Below, piece after piece: positions 17,566 to 24,951 of a stretch of 64,000 bases of DNA (position 1 is its first letter; every line of letters starts with the position of its first letter). The stretch covers positions 15,850 to 79,849 of the forward strand of contig JBGSKQ010000080.1 of NCBI GenBank assembly GCA_041741095.1. The letters run 5' to 3'. The DNA is from Saprospiraceae bacterium (GTDB lineage Bacteria > Bacteroidota > Bacteroidia > Chitinophagales > Saprospiraceae). Made by a program: the position numbers and the translations under genes. Below the pieces are notes generated by a model that saw only the letters and a program-made list of their open reading frames with translations, made no database searches and was not told where the DNA came from.

Positions 17566-18579
17566 TCAAAGCTCGTAAAATCCATCCGGCAAGTGTTCGA
17601 TGCGAAAATTAAGCATTTTGGCAGCATGTGGTTCATTGTGAAAAATGTCTTTGTGCCGAGGTGTTTCGTCATTGAAAAGAAACACGGTTGGTTCTGGCTT
17701 GCCCAATCGGGAAGCTGCAATCCTGACAAGCGTTTTCTTTGCTGGGAATCCGCCATTAGCTGCACAAAAGGCAAAATAGCTGCAATCAATCAGTCTCAAC
17801 AAGTCTGGCGAGGTATTTCCAGCACTTCCGTGGTGGGAAACCTTTACCAAATCCAGTTTCAACGGATTTTCATCGGAGCATTTGAACTTGTTTCTGAGGC
17901 TTTCTGCAACGACCGAAGGATGGCTATCACCAAGGAAAAGCACTCGCCGCTCTTGATGCTCAAACAAAAAAGCAATGCTGCTTCCGTTCCAAACCCCAGT
18001 GTCTTCCTTGAAAGGCGTCTTCATCAGATTTTCGATAGGAATATCGTAGTCAAAAGTCCCAGCAATTGGCTTTGCATTTCTTGTCTTTATTTCCTCTACA
18101 CTCCACACAGTAAGCGCACCGTCAAGTTTAGCATCGTCGGGTGAAAGCATCGTGATTTTTGAACCAAAGCAATTGATGGTAGGCAAATCGGAAGTGAACC
18201 GCTGGTCAGGGCATTTTCCTTGTTCAATCAGGTAGTCCCGTAGCTTGATGCCTTGCTGTACACTGATTTTTTCAGAATCGTCTGGCACAGTCGCCATACT
18301 TGGGTTGAACCAAAATTCGGTTACGAAATCAGCAGGAAAATCGGCATCTTTCAAAAAGGCAAGTATGCCGCTGATATGGTCCTGGTCAATGTGAGTTATT
18401 ATCCAAACGTCTATCTTCTCATTTCTTTCAGAAATGGCATTCAGCGACTTTTTTAATCTGACTTTATAAGTTTTTTTGAAACCACTATCTATAAGGATAT
18501 TCTTTAGATTTCCATTTTTATCAAGGAATCTAATATGAATAGTGTCAGCGTTTCCTGAGGGCAAAAAATGTATTTGCAT
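17566..18579 (-). CDS. MBL-fold metallo-hydrolase (ComEC-type beta-lactamase fold; predicted nuclease; Avs1a-like?)
   Basis: The motif THIDQDHISG (nt 18376-18393) is a HxDxDH variant of the canonical HxHxDH motif. Also present are NILIDSGF, LFLGDSH and VSHHGSAGN metal-ligand-like segments. The gene lies 33 nt upstream of, and co-oriented with, the giant NTPase gene. Confidence 0.8.
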   Translation of the reverse strand: MQIHFLPSGNADTIHIRFLDKNGNLKNILIDSGFKKTYKVRLKKSLNAISERNEKIDVWIITHIDQDHISGILAFLKDADFPADFVTEFWFNPSMATVPDDSEKISVQQGIKLRDYLIEQGKCPDQRFTSDLPTINCFGSKITMLSPDDAKLDGALTVWSVEEIKTRNAKPIAGTFDYDIPIENLMKTPFKEDTGVWNGSSIAFLFEHQERRVLFLGDSHPSVVAESLRNKFKCSDENPLKLDLVKVSHHGSAGNTSPDLLRLIDCSYFAFCAANGGFPAKKTLVRIAASRLGKPEPTVFLFNDETPRHKDIFHNEPHAAKMLNFRIEHLPDGFYEL

Positions 18580-18591
18580 AATATTAAAAGC

Positions 18592-18614
18592 GATACTTTT
18601 TGAGCAAAAGTATC
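18592..18614 (-). promoter_or_regulatory. hairpin that may terminate the upstream HTCS gene and contains a Bacteroidota-type -7 promoter box for the island operon
   Basis: GATACTTTT-tgagc-AAAAGTATC forms a 9-bp stem. On the minus strand it reads TACTTTTG (nt 18605-18612), which matches TAnnTTTG, 26 nt upstream of the MBL ATG. On that strand the stem is followed by GCTTTTAATATT. Confidence 0.35.
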
Positions 18615-18659
18615 ATTCAAGAAGAAGAATGTGGGCGACTAAATTTACAATCAATCCCC

Positions 18660-21600
18660 TCACTCCTGCATCACCACCCCCTCCCGCCACTCCACCGGCG
18701 TCACACCAAACTCCTGTTTAAACACCCTTCCAAAGTAGCTCGGATCGTTGAAGCCCGTGTCGTAGGCCACGGCGGAGATGCTCGTGTCGGCGTCTTGCAG
18801 CAGTTCCTTGGCCTTGTTCAGGCGGATGTGGCGGATGAACTTGTTGGCGGAGAGGCCCGTCACGGCGGTCAGCTTGCGGTGCAATTGGGAGTGGCTCATG
18901 CCGATTTCCCGGCAGAGGCTTTCCACGTTGAATTCGTAGTCGTCGAGGTGGGCTTCCACGGCCCGGCGCACTTTTTTGACGAAGTAATCTTCTACCAGTG
19001 GGGCAGGGGCGGGTGCGGCGGGTGTTGCGATATTTGATAGGGGCGCTTCCTCTGTGCCTGTGGCCAAGGAGAGGTAGTGCTGTTGGAGTTTCTTGCGGAG
19101 GTGCAGCAGGTTTTTGATGCGCACCAGCAGTTCTTCCTTGTGGAAAGGCTTGGCGAGATAGGCATCGGCGCCTTGTTCGAGGCCCTCCAGTTTGCTGTCC
19201 AGGTCAGCCTTGGCGGTGAGGATGATGATGGGGATATGGCTCGTGCGCTCGTCGTTTTTCAAAAACTGGCAAACCTCGAAGCCGTCCTTCTGCGGCATCA
19301 TCACATCGGAAATGATGAGGTCGGGGATGAGTTGGGTGGCCAGGTCAATGCCCTCTTGCCCGTCCTTGGCGACGGCGAGGCGGTAGCTGCCGTCCAGGCA
19401 GGAGGCGAGGTAGGCGACCACGTCGGCGTTGTCTTCCACGATGAGGATTAAGGGGTGGTTGGATGGCTGGATGGTTGAATGGCTGGATGGTTGAATGGCT
19501 GCTTGGCTGAATGATTGCTTGGCAGCCTTCCCGTTGCTTTGGATTGGGGCAAGTGTGGATGCTCCATTTGCCAGGACGGCAGGTTTTGTAACATCCGATA
19601 TATTTCTGATGGGCAAATGCACCTGAAACTCGGTGCCTTTGTTCAGCCTGCTCTTCACATGGATGCTGCCACCGAGGGCCTGTACCAGTTCTTTGGCGAG
19701 CGAGAGGCCGATGCCCGTGCCTTCGTTCTGGCGGGTAGAGGAGCCGTCCACCTGGTAAAAGCGGTCGAAGATGAAGGGCAGTTGGTCTTCGGCGATGCCG
19801 ATGCCTGTGTCTTTTATTTTGATGATAAAATCGCCCTGGAAGCAAGAGGTGGAGACATAGACGTTGCCATTTTCGGGCGTGAATTTCACGGCATTGGACA
19901 ATAGGTTCGTGATGACCTGTTTGAGTTTTTCGGGGTCGTAGTCCATCACCAGTTCGTCGGGGTCGGAGAGGAAATGCAGTTGGATGCCCCGGCTCTCGGC
20001 GAAAGAATGGAAGCTCTCCACGATGTAGCCCACGTATTTCACCACGTCGCCCTGTAGGTAGTGGATGGGCAGGCTGCCGCTTTCCAGTTTGGACAAATCG
20101 AGCATTTGGTTGACTAGGCCCAGCAGGTTCTCACTGTTCCTTTTTATCATGGAAAAACTGTTGCCAATGCTTTGCTTATCGTCGCTGCCGACTGCCGACT
20201 GCCAACTCCCGGCTGAAAGCTGCTCCGTCATGCCCATGATGATGGTGAGCGGCGTGCGGAACTCGTGGGTGATGTTGGCGTAGAGGCGGTTTTTCATGGC
20301 GTCCAATTCTATCAGGCGCTGCGTTTCGGCTTGCTCCAGGCGGCGGTTTAAATAAAAGCGGTAGATGGCATAGAGCGCTGCCGCAACCAGCAAAAAGTAC
20401 AGCGTGTAGGCCCACCAGGTCATCCACACGGGCGGACTGATGACCACCGCCAGGGAAGCCTCCTCGCCCCAAATGCCGAGGCTGTTGGCGCCCCGCACCC
20501 GGAAGCGATACTGGCCGGGCGGCACCTTGATGTAGGTCGCCTTGGGTTCCTGATCGGCCAGGCGCCAGTTTTTATCAAAATTTTCGAGCATAAACTCCAG
20601 GCGGTTGCCATCGGGGTCTGTGAAGTCCATCGCCGCAAAGCGGAAGGCGAAGACATTTTGGTTGTAGTCCAAATGCAGGGTTCCCGTTTTCCAAAATGCG
20701 ACTTTTTGGGAACTGTCAAACATGGCCTGCTCCGACTGGTCGAGCAACTCAAACTCGGTGATGCGTACAATGGGCGCCGAGCCGCTGGAATCGCCCAAAT
20801 CTTCGGGGTTGAAATAGTGGAAGCCGTATTGCCCGCCGAGGAAGATTTCGCCTTTTTCATTTTTATAAATCGCCCCTTTTTGGAAGGAGTGCGATTGCAG
20901 GCCGTCGCTCATGGCATAAGCGAAAACGGTTTCCTCCTTGGGGTCGAATTTCAGCAGCTTCTGGCCCATGATCCAGAGCTTGCCCTCGTCGTCCATTTCC
21001 ATGCCCTTCAGGGGCAGTGCGTCCTTGCCAATGACCGTGCTACCGTAATAGACACAAGTGCCGGTGACGGGCACCAGTTTCAGGATGCCGTTTTCCAAAC
21101 AAAGCCAGATGTTGCCTTCTTTGTCCTGCGTGGGCGGGCTTTGCCAAATGTCTTTTTCATTGGGCACGCCGTTGAGGTTGTAGTTGGTAAACTGCTTTTG
21201 TTGCGGATCAAAACGGTTGACGAAAATGGCCCGGCCTTGCTTTTTGTTGCCGGAACCGACCACCCAGAGCTTGCCGTCGTCACCTTGGAAGAGTTTGTCC
21301 AAATGGTTGTGCGTCAAGCTGTTGGCCTTGTCTTTTTGGTTGAGAAAGTGCTTGAAAGTCTTGGTTTTTTTATCAAAATAATCCAAGCCGCCATCGGCGG
21401 TGGCTACCCAGAGGTTGCCGTTTTTGTCCAATAAAATGTCGTTGATAAAATTGGAGGCCAGGCTGGCCGGGTCGCCTTTGTCGTGGTGGTAGCGTTCGAG
21501 CAGTTTTTTGTCGGGGTCATAATGGATAAGGCCCGTGGCGGAATCGGCCTTTATCACCCAAAGCGTTCCGTCGTCGTCGGCAGCGATTTTTGTGGCCCCT

Positions 21601-22937
21601 GCGAGCGCATTTTCTTGCTCCGCAAAACCCACCTGCAAACCTTTCTTTTTGCTGTCCAATTCCATTTTCCCTACGGAAAATTCATTGGTGGCCACCCACA
21701 AATTGTCCTTTTTATCTTCGCTGAAACTGCTCACGTAGCCTTGTTTGGTGGGCAGGATGACCGCCTTGAAATGTTCCTTTTTTTGTGCGATGCGATAAAC
21801 CCTGGCGTCGCTCAAGGCCGTGCTGAACCAAAGAACGCCGTCTTTCGATTGGAAAACCGTCCAGGCAGCGTTGTCGAGCAGTTTGGAGCTTCTGTCGCTG
21901 GCCTGAAAGAGTTTGGATTCCCCTGTCGCTGGGTTGACCACTTTGAAGCCGCTGGAAAAATCGCCGATCCACATCAGGCCGTCCCGGTCTTCAAATACGC
22001 AGGTTACATGGCGGTTGGAACCGCCGTCGTAGCGGGGCGCACTGAATGGGGAAGTGTTTCCTTTGCTGGGGTAGTGGATAAACTTTCCCGTGCTGCGGTT
22101 CATTTTCTGCAAACCATCGCCCGAAGTCCCCACCCAAAAGTTGCCCTTGGAATCTTCGAAAATGGCCCGCACCGATGGCCCGGCCAAGCCCGTCGGGTCG
22201 TTGCGTTTGTAAACGTAGCGGGTGAAAGTTTCCGTCTCAGGGTGGAAGCGGTTCAGGCCGCCACAGTTTTGTGCGCCATGATCGTCAAAAACAAAGCCTG
22301 TGCCCACCCAAAGGGTGCCTTCCGAATCTTCGTACAAAGCCCGCACTTCATTGCAACTGAGGCTGCTGGGGTCGTTTTTTTTGTTGTTAAAATGGGTGAA
22401 CCCTCCCGTTTTGGGGTTTAGCCTGTCCAAGCCACCTTGTGAGCCAATCCAAATATTCCCTTTTCTATCTTCCAGTATGACCGATACCACGTCAGAACTC
22501 AAGCCATTTTTCCAGCCACCTTCCCGGTAATGGGTAAACTTCCCCGTTTCATGGCGGAAATGATCCACGCCGCCGCCCCAAAAGGCCAACCACAATGAGC
22601 CATCCTTTGCCACCAAAATGTATTCGATATAATTGTCACCGATGGAATTTGGGTCGGAGGGGTCGTGCAGGTAGGTTTTAAAATGGTGGCCGTCCCAGCG
22701 GTGCAGGCCGTATTGCGAGCCAAACCACATGAAGCCATACTGATCCTGGACGATGGCCTGCACGTGGTTGCCCAGTTCGCCATTGGGCAGTTCAAACATT
22801 TCCATTTGCAGGCCGTCCAAAGAGGATTTGGTCTGGGCCAGGGCGGCTGTGCCTGCGAGGCAAAGCGATAAAAGGACGAAACAGGTGAATTTTTTAAGCA
22901 TCACAGTTGGGTGATTTTTTTTTGAGTCATTGGTCAT
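18660..22937 (-). CDS. hybrid two-component system protein: periplasmic two-component-regulator propeller repeats + Y_Y_Y + TM + HisKA/HATPase + receiver + AraC-type HTH
   Basis: Many repeats of the type G.LW.GT..GL..(F/Y). H-box ITHEFRTPL. ATP-lid segments NLLSNAVKFT, DTGIGI and GTGIGLSLAKE. Receiver segments ILIVEDNADV...DLIISDVMMPQKDG...AKP. C-terminal HTH segment SYFGRVFKQEFGVTPVEWR. The true start may be ATG 22901 (MLKKFTCFVLLSLCLAG..., signal-like). Confidence 0.9.
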   Translation of the reverse strand: MTNDSKKNHPTVMLKKFTCFVLLSLCLAGTAALAQTKSSLDGLQMEMFELPNGELGNHVQAIVQDQYGFMWFGSQYGLHRWDGHHFKTYLHDPSDPNSIGDNYIEYILVAKDGSLWLAFWGGGVDHFRHETGKFTHYREGGWKNGLSSDVVSVILEDRKGNIWIGSQGGLDRLNPKTGGFTHFNNKKNDPSSLSCNEVRALYEDSEGTLWVGTGFVFDDHGAQNCGGLNRFHPETETFTRYVYKRNDPTGLAGPSVRAIFEDSKGNFWVGTSGDGLQKMNRSTGKFIHYPSKGNTSPFSAPRYDGGSNRHVTCVFEDRDGLMWIGDFSSGFKVVNPATGESKLFQASDRSSKLLDNAAWTVFQSKDGVLWFSTALSDARVYRIAQKKEHFKAVILPTKQGYVSSFSEDKKDNLWVATNEFSVGKMELDSKKKGLQVGFAEQENALAGATKIAADDDGTLWVIKADSATGLIHYDPDKKLLERYHHDKGDPASLASNFINDILLDKNGNLWVATADGGLDYFDKKTKTFKHFLNQKDKANSLTHNHLDKLFQGDDGKLWVVGSGNKKQGRAIFVNRFDPQQKQFTNYNLNGVPNEKDIWQSPPTQDKEGNIWLCLENGILKLVPVTGTCVYYGSTVIGKDALPLKGMEMDDEGKLWIMGQKLLKFDPKEETVFAYAMSDGLQSHSFQKGAIYKNEKGEIFLGGQYGFHYFNPEDLGDSSGSAPIVRITEFELLDQSEQAMFDSSQKVAFWKTGTLHLDYNQNVFAFRFAAMDFTDPDGNRLEFMLENFDKNWRLADQEPKATYIKVPPGQYRFRVRGANSLGIWGEEASLAVVISPPVWMTWWAYTLYFLLVAAALYAIYRFYLNRRLEQAETQRLIELDAMKNRLYANITHEFRTPLTIIMGMTEQLSAGSWQSAVGSDDKQSIGNSFSMIKRNSENLLGLVNQMLDLSKLESGSLPIHYLQGDVVKYVGYIVESFHSFAESRGIQLHFLSDPDELVMDYDPEKLKQVITNLLSNAVKFTPENGNVYVSTSCFQGDFIIKIKDTGIGIAEDQLPFIFDRFYQVDGSSTRQNEGTGIGLSLAKELVQALGGSIHVKSRLNKGTEFQVHLPIRNISDVTKPAVLANGASTLAPIQSNGKAAKQSFSQAAIQPSSHSTIQPSNHPLILIVEDNADVVAYLASCLDGSYRLAVAKDGQEGIDLATQLIPDLIISDVMMPQKDGFEVCQFLKNDERTSHIPIIILTAKADLDSKLEGLEQGADAYLAKPFHKEELLVRIKNLLHLRKKLQQHYLSLATGTEEAPLSNIATPAAPAPAPLVEDYFVKKVRRAVEAHLDDYEFNVESLCREIGMSHSQLHRKLTAVTGLSANKFIRHIRLNKAKELLQDADTSISAVAYDTGFNDPSYFGRVFKQEFGVTPVEWREGVVMQE
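19453..19524. repeat. nine tandem octamers (GNWTGGYT) inside the HTCS coding sequence
   Basis: GGGTGGTT GGATGGCT GGATGGTT GAATGGCT GGATGGTT GAATGGCT GCTTGGCT GAATGATT GCTTGGCA. The array encodes the linker ...AAIQPSSHSTIQPSNHP between the kinase and receiver domains. Confidence 0.8.
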
Positions 22938-22956
22938 TCAGGGGTGAGGGAGGTTT

Positions 22957-23002
22957 GACGCAGTTTTTTTGACGCTGATTTTTTTGACGCAGATAGACGC
23001 AG
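22957..23002 (-). promoter_or_regulatory. four spaced copies of GACGCWG in T-rich context upstream of the HTCS gene (possible operator or promoter-region repeats)
   Basis: GACGCAG at 22957-22963, GACGCTG at 22971-22977, GACGCAG at 22986-22992 and GACGCAG at 22996-23002. Copies are separated by T/A runs. A tandem ATGATTTTTT x2 follows. Confidence 0.35.
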
Positions 23003-23071
23003 ATTTTTTATGATTTTTTATGATTCTTACCGCCTTCGGCGATAAGCGTGATTCTCTCATTTCTCTCATAA

Positions 23072-23104
23072 AACACAAAAAGCAAGGCAAGCCTGTGCTT
23101 GCCC
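23072..23104 (-). terminator. intrinsic terminator of the 23142-23873 gene
   Basis: On the minus strand, GGCAAGC-acag-GCTTGCC is followed by TTGCTTTTTGTGTTTT. Confidence 0.55.
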
Positions 23105-23141
23105 CGCATCAAATATGAAACTTAAGTCCGGGCTTAATTTC

Positions 23142-23873
23142 TTAATTCAAAACCCCAGTTTTGTTCAAACAATGCTGCGCCGGGCCGAAGGACACACCAT
23201 GCTTTGAAAGTGTAAAAAACTGGCAGATCGTTGCATCTTTTGTTTGCACACGCAGGAAATAACTGCCATTGGCCATTCCTTCGAGGTTGAAGTTCTTGGC
23301 GTAGGCGTGTTCGCCCTTAATATTTTGTACCAACACCGGGCCTGCCCCGACGGAGTACAAGGTGACACTGGTGGGCAGTTCTTTCAGATTGGCCAATTGC
23401 ACCCGGATGGACTGTTCGCCTTCGGGGCTGATGCGGGCGATGGTTTTTCCGGCCTGCTTGCCTCCGGTCAGCATCACCATGCCCTTTTCCAGGTCAAATT
23501 TGCTGCTCGTTTCAAACAGCAGGACGGCTGCTTGCCCCACTTCCAGCAACTGGGCAAATTCGCCCGCTTGTCCAGTAATATGTATGATGTATTGACCCGT
23601 CGGCATCCCCGACAGGTTGAACAGTTTTGCGTAGGTTTCTTCTTTCCAAACCACATCGGAGGCCCATACCTTGCCGAGCATGTCCTGTAGGGAAATGACC
23701 GTCCGTTTTTTATCCAAATGGTTCACTTGTACTTCAATGGTCATGGATTGCTGCCCGTTTTTTACCAGGGCTTTCATGCCGTGCATGGCAGGCGGTGTAT
23801 TGGCAAAGGAAGGTGCCAGCAGTGTTGTCAAAAGGAACATCCCAGCGGTGGCGAGAACGAATTGCTTTTTCAT
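23142..23873 (-). CDS. hypothetical secreted protein with two tandem beta-sandwich modules resembling T9SS C-terminal-domain folds
   Basis: Start chosen at ATG 23873 (MKKQFVLATAGMFLLTTLLAPSFA, signal-like). There are two internally similar modules, ending in LFNLSGMPTGQYIIHITG and NFNLEGMANGSYFLRVQT. No family assignment is possible by eye. Confidence 0.5.
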   Translation of the reverse strand: MKKQFVLATAGMFLLTTLLAPSFANTPPAMHGMKALVKNGQQSMTIEVQVNHLDKKRTVISLQDMLGKVWASDVVWKEETYAKLFNLSGMPTGQYIIHITGQAGEFAQLLEVGQAAVLLFETSSKFDLEKGMVMLTGGKQAGKTIARISPEGEQSIRVQLANLKELPTSVTLYSVGAGPVLVQNIKGEHAYAKNFNLEGMANGSYFLRVQTKDATICQFFTLSKHGVSFGPAQHCLNKTGVLN

Positions 23874-23911
23874 AATAACAGATTTGTAGATTGTTAATCG
23901 AGAAGCGGCAG

Positions 23912-23950
23912 GAACGATGAACGATGAATGATGAACGATGAATGATGAAC
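23912..23950. repeat. 5.5 tandem heptamers GAAYGAT (= TTCATCR family)
   Basis: GAACGAT GAACGAT GAATGAT GAACGAT GAATGAT GAAC lies 39 nt upstream of ATG 23873. Same family as 37226-37255 and 50977-51011. Confidence 0.8.
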
Positions 23951-24053
23951 TTGCAAAACATTGAATAAGAGGTGTTTGCAAGCCAAAGTGTCACCATTGA
24001 TTTTTCAAATTCACTGAGTAATTCATTGGAAGGAGTTGCGGGACTGGCCTCGC

Positions 24054-24080
24054 TTCTCACCTCTCACTCCTCACTTCTCT
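24054..24080. repeat. tandem heptamers YYCTCAC (= GTGAGRR family)
   Basis: TTCTCAC CTCTCAC TCCTCAC TTCTCT. Confidence 0.7.
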
Positions 24081-24261
24081 TTAAATACAGGTGATTAAAA
24101 AAAGCTTCATGAAGTCTTCGCCACAAAGATGTCAACCTTGCCTCCATCCTCTTTCGGACGGATACGCCAAGGTATAGGACATTCCTGGCAGGGGGTCGGA
24201 GATTCCTTGCAAGAGGGGAGGAAGTATTGTATTTGCGTGAAAAGGGGTGGGTCGGCTTGCC

Positions 24262-24951
24262 TTATTTCTCCAAAAACCGCATCATCCATTGTGCGATCAC
24301 TCGGTCATGTACGGGCAGGGCCAAGCTCTCTTTGGCGGCGTCTATTTTTTCGGCGGTGATGCGATCCCAGCGGCTGTCGAGCAGGGCCAGTTCATAAGCT
24401 TTGGGAAATTCGGGGTGCGCCTGTACGCCCAGCATGTTTTCCCCCACCCGGAACATGCCGACGGGACAATTGGCAGTTTTTGCAAGCACGGTACTGTTTT
24501 CTGGCAATTTCACCACCTGATCCTGGCACATCATCATCAGGTTGTAATTGGGTTGAAACGGCTCCATCCAAGCCTCTTTTGCCAACACTTCAAAAGTGTT
24601 CACACCGACCGACCAACCCGTTTGTGCCTTTTCCACTTTGCCGCCGAGTGCCTCGCCGAGCATTTGGTGGCCAAAACAAACGCCGATGTATTTTTTCCCG
24701 CTGTCATAAATGGCTTTGACAAATGCCTTCAGTTCCAAAATCCAATCCACTTGGTCGTACACGGAATATTTGGAACCCGTGACCAAGTAGCCGTCGCATT
24801 CGAAGGGCGAACTGGGGAAATGGCCTTTGCACACATCATAATTGACAGTGTCCAATGCTGGCAGCAGCGTTTTGAACATGTCGCTGTAGTCCCCGCCGAT
24901 GGCCAGGTTTTTTTTCGATACGTGGTCGCATACAAGGATTCCGATTTTCAT
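24262..24951 (-). CDS. type 1 glutamine amidotransferase (GATase1-like)
   Basis: Start chosen at ATG 24951 (MKIGILVCDHV...). Nucleophile-elbow motif GVCFGHQMLGEALGG, followed by a downstream HPEF motif (GVQAHPEFP). Confidence 0.8.
   Translation of the reverse strand: MKIGILVCDHVSKKNLAIGGDYSDMFKTLLPALDTVNYDVCKGHFPSSPFECDGYLVTGSKYSVYDQVDWILELKAFVKAIYDSGKKYIGVCFGHQMLGEALGGKVEKAQTGWSVGVNTFEVLAKEAWMEPFQPNYNLMMMCQDQVVKLPENSTVLAKTANCPVGMFRVGENMLGVQAHPEFPKAYELALLDSRWDRITAEKIDAAKESLALPVHDRVIAQWMMRFLEK

Noticed and set aside
12797-18655. Short direct repeat ATTTACAA...TCAAT near both island edges, considered as att sites
   Set aside because: Only 13 matching nt are interrupted by a 5-nt indel, in AT-rich DNA. 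No integrase or tRNA is nearby. I mention it in the island finding only as something to test, not as evidence.
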